IMG/VR virus record: IMGVR_UViG_3300036815_000199
Source: an uncultured virus (IMG/VR IMGVR_UViG_3300036815_000199)
Taxonomy: Duplodnaviria > Heunggongvirae > Uroviricota > Caudoviricetes
Direction: 5' to 3' (one strand)
Length of the DNA: 64,000 nt
The notes beneath the pieces are model-generated. The model ran no database searches. It was given only the letters and a program-made list of their open reading frames with translations, and was not told where the DNA came from. This document shows, piece after piece, positions 35,236-44,394 of the stretch; position 1 is the stretch's first letter; the number at the start of each line of letters is the position of its first letter. A program made the position numbers and the translations under genes.

Positions 35236-35386
35236 GACGTGCCCGCCCGGCGGTGGGTGGCCCGGTGCTCGTACCAGCGGTACACGTCCTGGTCCTGGCC
35301 GCAGACCGGGCACGGGGCGTGGGTGGCGAGGTACCACCAGCGGCGCGGGTTCCGGATCAGCGCGGCCAGGTCGGCGAGCAGGCCGG

Positions 35387-35764
35387 TCACGAGTCACCGC
35401 CCAGCGGCGGGATCAGGCCGGCGTCCGGCCGCTGCGCGGTCGCCTTGCGGCCGGCGGCGGTCGCCCAGTAGACCTCTTTGCCGAGCAGCGATTCGCCGAA
35501 CCGGTCGAAGCCGTCGAGCACCTTGGCGACCGCCGCGTCCAGCGCCGCCGTCACCCCGGCCTCGAGGACGGCCAGCCGCGCGTCGACCGCCGCGGCGATC
35601 CGGTCGCCGACCGGTCCCGATAGCTGCGCGGCGGTCTCGGTGCGGGCGTCGCGCAGCGCGGCGAGCAGGTCACGGCGGGCGCCGTGCGCGTCGCGGATCG
35701 TGTCGCGCAGCTCGGCGATCGCGGCGGCCGCCGTCTCGGCGGGGTCCTTCGGCGGCGGGCTCAT
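35387..35764 (-). CDS. Helical hypothetical protein
   Basis: GAGGAAGG RBS, ATGA coupling. Confidence 0.6.
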   Translation of the reverse strand: MSPPPKDPAETAAAAIAELRDTIRDAHGARRDLLAALRDARTETAAQLSGPVGDRIAAAVDARLAVLEAGVTAALDAAVAKVLDGFDRFGESLLGKEVYWATAAGRKATAQRPDAGLIPPLGGDS

Positions 35765-36276
35765 GGTGTTCCTTCCTCGGGCAGGTGCAGGATCTCGGTC
35801 GGCGGGTCGCCGTCGTCGGCGGGGTCGCCGGTGCTGGCGGCCCACGGGGTCGGCAGCGGCACCCCGGTCGACATGAGCGCGTTGAACAGCAGCCACGCCT
35901 CGGCCATGTCGGCGGCGGTCTCGTCGACGGGGCGGCCGGGCGCGGCGCCGGCGATCGTGGCGGCGCACTCGGTGATGGCGGCGTGCAGGTCGTCGGTTGA
36001 CGGGGCGGCCAGCCGGTGGATGTCCCGTTCGGTGATGACGGCGCCGCCGGCGGCGAGCAGCACCCGGGAGCCGTCGGCGGTCTCGATCATGACCGCCGGG
36101 CCGGCGCTGTAGGCGACCAGCTTCCCGGTCCAGTCGCTGACCTGGCCGGGCAGCCGCACGGCGACCGGCGCGGCGCGGGCGATCAGGTCCTCGATGCGCT
36201 CAGCGGCCGCCTGCTCAGCCGCTTGCCGCTGGAGAAGATCGCGCTCCCACCCGGGCAGGTCATCCGTGTCAGCCAC
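35761..36276 (-). CDS. Hypothetical protein
   Basis: Coupled ORF with GGAG RBS. Confidence 0.6.
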   Translation of the reverse strand: MADTDDLPGWERDLLQRQAAEQAAAERIEDLIARAAPVAVRLPGQVSDWTGKLVAYSAGPAVMIETADGSRVLLAAGGAVITERDIHRLAAPSTDDLHAAITECAATIAGAAPGRPVDETAADMAEAWLLFNALMSTGVPLPTPWAASTGDPADDGDPPTEILHLPEEGTP

Positions 36277-36760
36277 CGGACAGCTCCGTCTGCAGTGACC
36301 GCAGCTCGGCGAGGCGGCCGGTGCCGGCCAGGACGTAGAACTGCTCGGCGCCGCAGCGGATCAGGATCGCCTCGGCGATCCGGCGGGCGTGCGCGTGGCC
36401 CATGTTCTGCAGCGCCTCGTCCAGGTCGACGGGGCGGGCGGTGGCCAGCGACGTCGCCAGCAGCAGCAGCCGCCAGTCGGTCGTCGGCAGCCGCCGGGCC
36501 ATCACCAGCGCCCGCCACTGGTGGCGGCCGACCATGGCGGCCGCCACCACCCGCCCGCCGGGCAGCGTCCGGACGTCGACGGTCACGTTCCGGGCGAGCA
36601 GCGGCGTGCCGGGCAGGCTGGTGAAGGTCAGCAGGTGCACGGCCGCCTGGTAGTCGGTGCCGCCGCTGCAGCGGGCGCCTTCCTCCAGCAGGGCGGTCAT
36701 CTCGGCGGCGGTGTAGTCGCCGGGGTCGCGCAGCACGGGCACGGGCTGGTCAGGTGTCAT
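36269..36760 (-). CDS. Hypothetical protein
   Basis: Coupled ORF with GGGAG RBS. Confidence 0.6.
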   Translation of the reverse strand: MTPDQPVPVLRDPGDYTAAEMTALLEEGARCSGGTDYQAAVHLLTFTSLPGTPLLARNVTVDVRTLPGGRVVAAAMVGRHQWRALVMARRLPTTDWRLLLLATSLATARPVDLDEALQNMGHAHARRIAEAILIRCGAEQFYVLAGTGRLAELRSLQTELSGG

Positions 36761-36995
36761 CGGAGGTCAGCTCCCGGTCGGTGATCGGGTCGCCGTTGAT
36801 CGCGGCCAGGATCAGCCGGGCGGCGCGGTGGTCGCCGTTCTCGGCGAGCCGCACGGCCAGTTCGGCGACGCGGGCCAGCGCCTCGTTGGTGGCCGTGGCG
36901 CGGCCGAGGGCGGCGGCCAGCTGCTCGGTCAGGGCGGTGATGCGGCGGGACACGTCGCGCCGGTCGAGCGGCGGCTGCTGGTGGCTAGCGACCAT
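36750..36995 (-). CDS. Hypothetical protein
   Basis: GGAGG RBS; helical. Confidence 0.55.
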   Translation of the reverse strand: MVASHQQPPLDRRDVSRRITALTEQLAAALGRATATNEALARVAELAVRLAENGDHRAARLILAAINGDPITDRELTSDDT

Positions 36996-37350
36996 CGGGG
37001 CCCACCTCCAGCCAGCAGCCCTCGGTCAGCCCGGCGGTCACGTCGGGTATGTCGGGGCCGGCCAGCGCGCCCAGGATCAGCGCGGCGGCCTCGCCGGGTG
37101 TCAGCGTGCCGCCGGGGTAGTCGGCGGCGGCCTCCGTCAGCCGGGCGGCCAGCACCGCGGCGCGGGCGACCGCGCCGTAGCAGGCGGCGGTGTCGTTGGC
37201 GGCGCGCTCGGCGGCGGTCAGCTGGGCGGCGCGGCGGGCGAGCAGGTCACGCAGCCCGGGCGCCTGGTCGCCCAGCACCAGCAGCGCGGCCAGGTGGCCG
37301 AGGCCGCCCTGCTCGGCCAGCGGGTACCGGCCGCCGGTCACGCCGGTCAT
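36985..37350 (-). CDS. Hypothetical protein
   Basis: ATGA coupling. Confidence 0.55.
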   Translation of the reverse strand: MTGVTGGRYPLAEQGGLGHLAALLVLGDQAPGLRDLLARRAAQLTAAERAANDTAACYGAVARAAVLAARLTEAAADYPGGTLTPGEAAALILGALAGPDIPDVTAGLTEGCWLEVGPDGR

Positions 37351-38570
37351 GACAGCAGCTCCGCCACGGCGGCGGCGGCGCCCGCGACACCGGCGAACGT
37401 CGGGTCGCCGGCCTGGCCGGTGAGCCAGGCCAGCACGTCGCCGCGGCTCAGCGTCCAGAAACCGTGCAGGCCGGCGAGCACGTCGCGGGCGTAGCCGATG
37501 AACGGCAGGTCACGGAGCCCGTCCTGGCAGTCCGGGCAGGCGTAGTCGGCGGCGCCTTCGCCGTCGCCGTCGGGCACGGCGACGGTCGTGGTGCCGTGGC
37601 AGGACAGGCAGGCGGCCAGCGGGCCGAGGGCGGCGGTCAGCAGCGACCGGGCGAGCGCGGCGGGCGCCGACCCGGGCGGGTAACCCCAGCCGAACCCGTC
37701 GGGCGACTTGAACAGGCCGGTATTGGCCAGCTCGGCGAGGAACCGGCCGTCCGGGGCGGTGATCGCCACGATGCCGTCCTCGGCGGTGGCGCCGGGGTGG
37801 GAACTGAACACGACGGCGGGGTTGGCGATGATCAGGGCGGCCTGCGGGCCGAGCGCGGCGGCGACCTGCTCGGCCTGCCGTTCGGCGATCGAGCGGCGCC
37901 GCTGCGACGCCAGCGGCGGCGGCACGGCACGGCGGTCCGCGGTCGGGGTGAGGTCGAGGCAGATGCCGATCTCGTCGACCCAGTACCCGTCGGGGTTGGC
38001 GACGGCGGCGAGCGCGGCGGTGTCGAGGCAGACGTGGATCCCGTCGCCGTTGTTGTCGACGCGGGCGAGCCACCAGCGGCCCGGGTCGCGCTGGTACGGG
38101 GTCATGTCCTCGCGGTCGGTGTTCCGGTCGGCGACCTGGGCGACCAGCCCGCGCGGGCTGTAGGCGACGTCGATCCAGGCGGCCAGGGCCTCGCCGGTGT
38201 AGGGGTCGGCGGCCAGCAGCAGCAGCGGCCGCTCGCGCAGCCCGCCGGGGCGGGCGATCGGGGTGTCGGTGGCGATCAGCGCGAGGGCGGCGCGGTCGTC
38301 GCCGCCGGTGAGCTCCAGCGCGTCGGTCCACTGGTGGAAGCCGCACAGCAGGTAGGGCGCGGTGACGCCGGTGCCGTGGTGGCGGACGGCGACGGCGACG
38401 GTCGGGTCGGGCTCGCACTGCGGGTGCTCGCAGCCTGCCGGCGGGCTGGTCATGGCGACCAGGCCGCAGCGGTCGGGGCTGCAGTCGGTGAGCGGGTGCC
38501 CGCCGGGGTCGGCGGTCAGGCCGCCGTCGTGGTGGCGGTCGCCGATGATCTCGGTGTCGTTGGCGGTCAT
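37347..38570 (-). CDS. Multi-domain protein with C-terminal DUF6166-like domain and zinc finger
   Basis: SPDGFGWGY..GSAPAALARSLL; CLSCHG...CPDCQDG; preceded by CTGAAGGAGAGA. Confidence 0.65.
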   Translation of the reverse strand: MTANDTEIIGDRHHDGGLTADPGGHPLTDCSPDRCGLVAMTSPPAGCEHPQCEPDPTVAVAVRHHGTGVTAPYLLCGFHQWTDALELTGGDDRAALALIATDTPIARPGGLRERPLLLLAADPYTGEALAAWIDVAYSPRGLVAQVADRNTDREDMTPYQRDPGRWWLARVDNNGDGIHVCLDTAALAAVANPDGYWVDEIGICLDLTPTADRRAVPPPLASQRRRSIAERQAEQVAAALGPQAALIIANPAVVFSSHPGATAEDGIVAITAPDGRFLAELANTGLFKSPDGFGWGYPPGSAPAALARSLLTAALGPLAACLSCHGTTTVAVPDGDGEGAADYACPDCQDGLRDLPFIGYARDVLAGLHGFWTLSRGDVLAWLTGQAGDPTFAGVAGAAAAVAELLS

Positions 38571-38585
38571 GGGTCTCTCCTTCAG

Positions 38586-38622
38586 GTTGTCCGGTTGTCT
38601 GGTAGTTGTCCGGTTGTCTGGT
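38586..38622. repeat. Perfect 18-bp direct repeat x2 (four GTTGTC units)
   Basis: GTTGTCCGGTTGTCTGGT at 38586 and 38605. Confidence 0.9.
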
Positions 38623-38627
38623 TTTTG

Positions 38628-38975
38628 TCAGTCGGTTTTGGCGGTGGCCTTGCGGCGGGGGGACGTGCGGCCGCGGTGCGCGGCGTCGGGCGGCCAGCCG
38701 CGCGACAGGCGGCGCGGCAGCCAGGCGTCGATGGTGGACTCCCACCACCACGGCGAGGGCGGCCCGTGACGGCGCCGCTCGTGCCCGTCGGGCGCGGGCA
38801 GGTCCGACGGGCGGGCCTTGCGGCGGCGGCGGCGGGTCGCGGCGTCGGAGTTGTAGCTCCACAGCGTGCGGCGGGTCAGGCCGGTGCGGTCGGACACGTC
38901 CTCGATGAACAGCTTGGCGCCGCGCCCGTCCGCGGCGGCGGGTTCGGTCGCGGGGTCGGTGATGGCGGTCGTCAT
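38628..38975 (-). CDS. AlpA/excisionase-like HTH protein
   Basis: LFIEDVSDRTGLTRRTLWSY...LPAPDG...PWWWESTIDAW. Confidence 0.75.
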   Translation of the reverse strand: MTTAITDPATEPAAADGRGAKLFIEDVSDRTGLTRRTLWSYNSDAATRRRRRKARPSDLPAPDGHERRRHGPPSPWWWESTIDAWLPRRLSRGWPPDAAHRGRTSPRRKATAKTD

Positions 38976-39084
38976 GGCGGGTTCCCTTTCGGTCGGCGGC
39001 CGGGCCAGCCGGGCGCGGCGCGCGGTGATGCGGTGCAGGTCATGGGCGCGGTGTCTCTCTCCTTCGCCGTAGCGGGCGGTCCCG

Positions 39085-39107
39085 CCGTGTTACATAAATA
39101 TATACCA
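39085..39107 (-). promoter_or_regulatory. AT-rich phage promoter repeat (variant copy)
   Basis: TGGTATATATTTATGTAACACGG, similar to the copies at 51634, 53080 and 57117. Confidence 0.65.
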
Positions 39108-39258
39108 TGCGGGGTCGGGCGGGCCAGCGGGTCCGGCGCGCCGGCCCGCCCGGGCCAGGGCGCCGCCGCTAGGCTGAGTGATCCAGGCCGCCCGCCAGGG
39201 GGCTGCGCTGACCGGGGAAGTGGCCCACGTTCCCCTGGCGGGCGGCGGTGCGCGGCGG

Positions 39259-39558
39259 TCACCGGGACCGCCAGTCGAAGGTGCGGCCGCAGCCGCCGCA
39301 GCGGGGTCCGGGCGCCGGCTGGCTGCAGTAGCCGCACGACCACGGCTCGCCCGGGCCGAGCCGCAGCCGGATCTCCCACACCGCCCGGCGCGTCCGGATG
39401 CCCTGCGCGACCGCGCACGGCGCGCACAGCGGCACGTCCACGGGCCCGTACGCCGGCAAGTCGTAGCGCCGGGAGGTGACCGGCTCGGCCACATCGCAGA
39501 TACCGGGATCGTCAGGGTGGACCATGCCGCACAGGCAATGGCACTCACGGTCCGTCAC
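39259..39558 (-). CDS. Cys-rich hypothetical protein
   Basis: Several CxC/CxxC pairs. Confidence 0.55.
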   Translation of the reverse strand: MTDRECHCLCGMVHPDDPGICDVAEPVTSRRYDLPAYGPVDVPLCAPCAVAQGIRTRRAVWEIRLRLGPGEPWSCGYCSQPAPGPRCGGCGRTFDWRSR

Positions 39559-39830
39559 CACGGGGCACCGCCCGCCGGGTCCGGCCAGTCCAGGGCCGGC
39601 CCGGCGGGCTGAGGCTCGGCCGTCCGGCCGTCGCCGTGAACCGGGCACCGGGCAGCCCGGTCCAGTGCGGCGCCGCACAGCGGGCACAGCCCCTCGGCCT
39701 CGCACGCTTCCGTGTGCGCCAGCCACCGGCGCAGCGCGGGCCAGTCCACGCCGGGGCGCACCGGGCCGGGCACGCCCGCGTGGGCGGTGGCCGCGTACAG
39801 GTCGCCGAGCGCCCGGCCGAGCGCGGTCAC
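39555..39830 (-). CDS. Hypothetical protein (CxxC...CxxH)
   Basis: GTGA coupling. Confidence 0.5.
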   Translation of the reverse strand: MTALGRALGDLYAATAHAGVPGPVRPGVDWPALRRWLAHTEACEAEGLCPLCGAALDRAARCPVHGDGRTAEPQPAGPALDWPDPAGGAPW

Positions 39831-40408
39831 CGGGCACCCCGCGCGGCGGTCACCGCGTCGCGGTAGGCCTTGATCACCTGGCGGACGGCGGCGACCCCGT
39901 CGTAGCGGCGCTCGGGGCCGCCGCCGTGGATCAGGAACGCGCGCAGGATCACGCCGCGCTTGGCCGACACGTAGATGACGCCGTACAGGTAGCCGGGGCC
40001 GCCGTCGAGGACGACCTGGTAGCGGACCCCGGGCCGGTCCCGGTCGGCGCGCGGCTCCAGGCCGGCCTGCGCGGCGTAGGCGATGACCTGGCGGGTGACG
40101 GTCGTCGAGCAGTAGCCGGACAGGATGCGGGCGGCGTCGACGGCGGCCAGCTCGGCGCCGGTCGGCGGGCCGGTGTCGGTGTCGTCGGGGCCCGCCGGGT
40201 CGAACAGCACCGAGTTGAACCCGTTGACGGGGTTGTCGGCGGCGGCCAGCCACAGCCCGGTGCGGGAATGGCCGACGTGCACGTCGATGATGTCGTAGAC
40301 GCGGCCGGGCACCAGGCGGTCAGCGGCGAGCGCCTTGTCCTGCGGCCAGCCGGCCTCCGGGTGGGCGTACCGGGCGCGGTCCGCGGTCACGATAGCCGGG
40401 GCGGTCAT
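39827..40408 (-). CDS. Hypothetical protein
   Basis: CTGAAGGAGAGA before ATG 40408. Confidence 0.7.
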   Translation of the reverse strand: MTAPAIVTADRARYAHPEAGWPQDKALAADRLVPGRVYDIIDVHVGHSRTGLWLAAADNPVNGFNSVLFDPAGPDDTDTGPPTGAELAAVDAARILSGYCSTTVTRQVIAYAAQAGLEPRADRDRPGVRYQVVLDGGPGYLYGVIYVSAKRGVILRAFLIHGGGPERRYDGVAAVRQVIKAYRDAVTAARGAR

Positions 40409-40544
40409 CGGGGTCTCTCCTTCAGCGGTAGGGCTTGACCGCGCCGGCGGCCCCGTTGCGGACACGAGGGTCCCGCTGGGGTCCAACACGACAGCAGGGT
40501 CCCCGAGTATCGGGGCCGCCGGGCGGCGTTCATGGGTGTCTCCT

Positions 40545-40907
40545 TCAGCGGTACTGCGGGTGGGCGGTCGGCGTGATCCGCCACCAGTGCGGGGCGATCG
40601 CCAGCACGGCGGCGACAAACGCCACCGCGGCGGTCTCGGCGTCGTCGCCGGTGAACAGGTAGGTGCTGTACTCGTTGCCGCCGCGGGTGCCGGACAGCGT
40701 TCCGCACTCGCGGGCCAGCGCGGGCACCGTCTCGAAGATCAGCGTCGCCTCGGCGGGGTCCTCCAGCGGCCCGTGCGCGATCGACACCGGGTGGATCCCG
40801 GCGGCCGCCAGCTCGGCCTCGGCGACCGCCGACTGCCCGGCGAACAGCGCCTGCAGCTCGGCGGCGCGGCGGCGGGCGTCGGCCAGCCAGTCCGGGTCGC
40901 CGGTCAC
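40545..40907 (-). CDS. Hypothetical protein
   Basis: Coupled ORF; its stop lies inside the 12-mer repeat. Confidence 0.65.
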   Translation of the reverse strand: MTGDPDWLADARRRAAELQALFAGQSAVAEAELAAAGIHPVSIAHGPLEDPAEATLIFETVPALARECGTLSGTRGGNEYSTYLFTGDDAETAAVAFVAAVLAIAPHWWRITPTAHPQYR

Positions 40908-41170
40908 AGCGGCACCCGGTGCTCGTGCGCCAGCACGGTTGCCAGCGGGGCGGGCGACCCGTCGGTCCAGCTCATCACCAGCCGGCCATCGGCGACCAGG
41001 TCGGCGCGCATGACGGCGCGGCCGTGGCCGAGCGGCTCGGCGTACCAGGCGATGAAACTGGCCGGGTCGGTGTGGCCCGCCGGGCTACGGCCGGGACCGC
41101 CGCCGGGGGTGGTCGGTGCCTGCGGGCGGGACGGCGAACCGCGCCCGTCAGGGTCGCGCAGATCGGTCAT
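40904..41170 (-). CDS. Hypothetical protein
   Basis: CTGAAGGAGAGA before ATG 41170. Confidence 0.6.
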   Translation of the reverse strand: MTDLRDPDGRGSPSRPQAPTTPGGGPGRSPAGHTDPASFIAWYAEPLGHGRAVMRADLVADGRLVMSWTDGSPAPLATVLAHEHRVPL

Positions 41171-41205
41171 CGTGCTCTCTCCTTCAGCCGCGTCCATACT
41201 ACCTA

Positions 41206-42642
41206 TTAATCGGCCGTTCCGCTACGGCGTCCGGCCAGGTCGTCGTGCCCGTTGTGCGGGGCGCCGGGCGGCGGCACCGCCTCGTGGATCGGCTGGGTGA
41301 TGTCGGCGAAGTCCTCCAGCGGCTCGTCGAACGCGCCCGCCTCGTACGTCGCCGCCCACGGCCACCCCGGCTCGTACGCCGGCCGCCAGTGCACGAACTC
41401 CGGCCAGGTGCGCCGCTCGCGCGGCAGCCGGTAGTGCGACCACCGGTAGTGGTCGAGGCCCTGCTTCGGCGCCGGGGTGAGCGACCACCCGAAGTCGGGC
41501 CACTGCTGCCACAGCACGGTGCCGATCGGGCGCAGGTCCCGCGCCCGCGGACCCTGCCGCATCGGCGCGTGCTGCTCCAGCCACAGCGCGCAGTGATATT
41601 TGGTCTTGATCCGGTCGAGGAACTGGGCGACGACCAGCGTGTCGTCGTCCTGGGCCTGCCCGTGGGCGATGCCCATCTTGTACATCGGCCCGGCGGCGAT
41701 GATCTGCGGCCGCTGCCGGCGGACCGCCTCGGTGAACTGCGCCTGCCCGTCGGCGGTGCGCAGGTCGATCCCCTCCGGCCGGTGCCACCACTTGACCATG
41801 TCCTGATCGAGCCCGTCGCGGACGGTGTAGGGCAGCAGCAGGTCGGCGCGGCGCACCAGCATCGACGGCGACAGCTCCAGGTCGACGATCAGCCCGCGGA
41901 CCGGCGCGAACCGGGCGGCGCCGGGCAGCAGCGGGTGCACCCCGGCGCCGGCGCACAGCACGACCTGGGCGCCGATCAGCGACTTGCCGGATCCCTCGGG
42001 GGCGACCAGGATCAGCTTGTCCTCTTCGGCGAGCATGCCGGGCACCACCCAGCGGTGCCGGGAGTCGACGATCCGGGCGGCGAGCTCGGCGGTGGTGACC
42101 AGCTCGCCGCCGACCCGGCCGCTGGCGCCGGTGGCGGCGGCCAGGTCCGTCTCGGCGCGGGCCTGCACCGTGACCGGGTCCGCGCCGGCGGCCAGCGCGC
42201 CCTGGACCAGCCGCCGCCCGGCGCGGACCTGGCGGCGCAGCACCGCCGTGCCGTGCACGATCGCCGCGTAGTGCCCGGCCTGCATCCAGTTCGCCGCTAT
42301 CTGCCACAGGTCGAACAGGTAGACCGGGGTGAACCGGCCGCCGGCCGGGAACGCGGCCTCGCCCATCCAGCCGCGCAGCGTCAGCGGGTCGATCGGCTCC
42401 CCGGCGCCGGCCATCGCGGTGATCGCGCCGCCGATCTGCTCGTGGGCGGGCCGGTACCAGTCATCAGCGCACAGCCCGGCGTCGATCGCCAGGTCGAGCG
42501 CCTTCTCGCCGCCCTGCATCAGGCAGGCCAGCAGCCATTGCTCGGCGAGGGTGTCGTGCGGCTCTTCCCACGCCTCCGGGTCGGGCGGCGGCCAGGATCC
42601 GTCGTCGGCGCCGGGGGCGTCCGGCGGGTCGGGCATCGGCAT
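41206..42642 (-). CDS. Replicative helicase (DnaB N-terminal domain plus RecA/RepA-like AAA domain)
   Basis: PHDTLAEQWLL...DDWYRPAHEQI...PIDPLTL; Walker A APEGSGKS. Confidence 0.88.
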   Translation of the reverse strand: MPMPDPPDAPGADDGSWPPPDPEAWEEPHDTLAEQWLLACLMQGGEKALDLAIDAGLCADDWYRPAHEQIGGAITAMAGAGEPIDPLTLRGWMGEAAFPAGGRFTPVYLFDLWQIAANWMQAGHYAAIVHGTAVLRRQVRAGRRLVQGALAAGADPVTVQARAETDLAAATGASGRVGGELVTTAELAARIVDSRHRWVVPGMLAEEDKLILVAPEGSGKSLIGAQVVLCAGAGVHPLLPGAARFAPVRGLIVDLELSPSMLVRRADLLLPYTVRDGLDQDMVKWWHRPEGIDLRTADGQAQFTEAVRRQRPQIIAAGPMYKMGIAHGQAQDDDTLVVAQFLDRIKTKYHCALWLEQHAPMRQGPRARDLRPIGTVLWQQWPDFGWSLTPAPKQGLDHYRWSHYRLPRERRTWPEFVHWRPAYEPGWPWAATYEAGAFDEPLEDFADITQPIHEAVPPPGAPHNGHDDLAGRRSGTAD

Positions 42643-42643
42643 G

Positions 42644-43240
42644 TCAGCGGCCCTCCCAGAACAGGCAGGCCGCGCCGTCCTCGTGGAAGTTCAGGCAGGA
42701 CAGGCACAGCGTCGCGTACCGGTCGGTGTCCGCGGCGGCGGCGCGGACGACGCGGTTGACCGCCGATTCGAGCAGCGACGGGTCGGTCTGCTGGCCGGCG
42801 GCGCGGCGGTCGCGGACCTCGGCGAGCACGGCGGCGACGGTGGCGGGGTCGTGGCGGCTGCGCAGCAGCACCCCGTCGATCGCCGTTATCCACGCCCGCT
42901 GCTCGTCACGGTTCAGCGGGGGATCGCAGCGGCCCAGGTGCTCGGCGCCCAGCTGCGCGGCCCGCATCACCCGCTCACGGCCGGCGACCAGCCGGTACCG
43001 GCCGCCGTGCTGGCGGGTCAGGTAGCCGGCGGCGGTCAGCTCGGCGTAGACGGCGCCGAGCGCGGCAGGGTCCTCGGCGGCCTGGCCGCGGTCACCGGCG
43101 GCGCGCGCCGCCGTTGCCGCCGGGGTCTCGGGGTTCCAGTCGGTGCCGTAGCTGGCGATCTCACCGAGCAGGCCCCGGGCGGCGTAGCTCAGCCGGGTGT
43201 CCAGCGGTATCCAGGCGTGCCGGGGGACGGTGGTGGTCAT
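42644..43240 (-). CDS. Replication-associated HTH protein (putative)
   Basis: DTRLSYAARGLL...ELTAAGYL pattern typical of phage initiator N-termini; 12-mer RBS. Confidence 0.6.
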   Translation of the reverse strand: MTTTVPRHAWIPLDTRLSYAARGLLGEIASYGTDWNPETPAATAARAAGDRGQAAEDPAALGAVYAELTAAGYLTRQHGGRYRLVAGRERVMRAAQLGAEHLGRCDPPLNRDEQRAWITAIDGVLLRSRHDPATVAAVLAEVRDRRAAGQQTDPSLLESAVNRVVRAAAADTDRYATLCLSCLNFHEDGAACLFWEGR

Positions 43241-43515
43241 GGTCTCTCTCCTTCAGCCGGCCTCGCGCGCCCGGGGTGACGCCGACCGGGTACCGGTCGG
43301 CGGAAGACGATCCGAGCGAGCGAGGATCGGTGCCTTTGATTTTGATCTTTGGTTTTGACCTGGTCTGGTGACCTGGTCTGGTGGTGTTCAGTCAGTGAAC
43401 CGGTTTCCTGACGCTGACTGAACCGGTTTTGTGACTGAACCGGTTTTGTGACTGAACCGGTTACCGGCGGGTAAACCGGTTCGCTCATTGAACCGGTTAG
43501 CGGCCGGGCGGTCAT
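43237..43515 (-). CDS. Iteron-containing ORF (probable second half of a split replication initiator)
   Basis: ATGA overlaps at both ends; spans the origin repeats. Confidence 0.4.
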   Translation of the reverse strand: MTARPLTGSMSEPVYPPVTGSVTKPVQSQNRFSQRQETGSLTEHHQTRSPDQVKTKDQNQRHRSSLARIVFRRPVPGRRHPGRARPAEGERP

Positions 43516-43553
43516 CTGGCACCCCCGGAACCGGTAGCGCCAGTGAACCGGTT
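43334..43553. repeat. Probable replication origin: palindromic AACCGGTT iterons plus adjacent T-rich tract
   Basis: AACCGGTT at 43398, 43421, 43438, 43455, 43474, 43491, 43546 and AACCGGTA at 43529; recurring 17-bp spacing; T-rich 43334-43360. Confidence 0.8.
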
Positions 43554-43934
43554 GCAGTGCGGGCAAGGCGCGCCCGGCTCGTGCGGGATCGTCAGCCGCC
43601 ACTCGTCGGCCGCCGGACCCCGGCGGCGGGCGCGCGGCCGCCCGGGGTCGGGCTGGTCCGGCTCGATGAAACCGGCCTTGGCCAGCGTCCGCAGCGCGTC
43701 GACGACCGTCGCCCGGCCGGCGTCCTCGGCGTCCCGGCCGAGCCGGGCGACGCCGGGGTGAGCGTGGCGGCCGTCGCCGTCGGCGTAGGTGGCCAGCATC
43801 CAGGCGACGTCCTTGACGGCGTGCGACAGCCCGGCGCCGCGAAAGTGCCGCTCCCAGATGTATTTACCCGGGAACGGCGAAGTCCCGCCGGCCGTGACTG
43901 GCTGGCGGGTGGTGTCGTCCGGGCGGCCCCCCAC
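43512..43934 (-). CDS. Replication initiator-like winged HTH protein
   Basis: LSHAVKDVAWMLATYAD..G..AHPGVARL....RATVVDALRTLAKAGFI. Confidence 0.75.
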   Translation of the reverse strand: MGGRPDDTTRQPVTAGGTSPFPGKYIWERHFRGAGLSHAVKDVAWMLATYADGDGRHAHPGVARLGRDAEDAGRATVVDALRTLAKAGFIEPDQPDPGRPRARRRGPAADEWRLTIPHEPGAPCPHCNRFTGATGSGGAR

Positions 43935-44124
43935 GGGGCCGGTTAGGCGCCGGTCGGGTTAACACCGATCGACGTGCGGGCGGATGATCGGTGACGGCTG
44001 ACGGTCGACAACGGACAGCCCTCCTCTCCTTCAGTCGCCGGGCACCTGCTGCCGCCGCAGCGGCCGGGCCCCGGGCACGCGGGGCGACGGGCCCCGGCAG
44101 GTGCGCGGGGCGGGGCCCGTGTTT

Positions 44125-44200
44125 GACCACCATAGACCCCCGGGCGCGGACACGTAAGGCAAGCCGATAAAAATTGTCGGCGCGTCGTGGTATGGTCCCG
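44125..44200. promoter_or_regulatory. Divergent promoter region with central inverted-repeat operator
   Basis: TATGGT -10 boxes on both strands (44130-44135 minus, 44191-44196 plus); GCCGATAA-AAA-TTGTCGGC at 44163-44181; gene orientation switches here. Confidence 0.65.
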
Positions 44201-44394
44201 TCAGGGCTGGGAAAATGGCCCCGTAAAACCGGCTGGCCCGCCCGATCCACGTGGGTTCGGGCGGGCCCTGAAGGAGAGAGGATCCCGTGACAGCGGGCTA
44301 AGCCCGGCACCGCGAGGAGGCGAACGCGGGTGAGAAGCCCGGACGCCTTTACCTCTCGACCCCGATGGTAGCACCCATCGCATGGAGGAACGCA

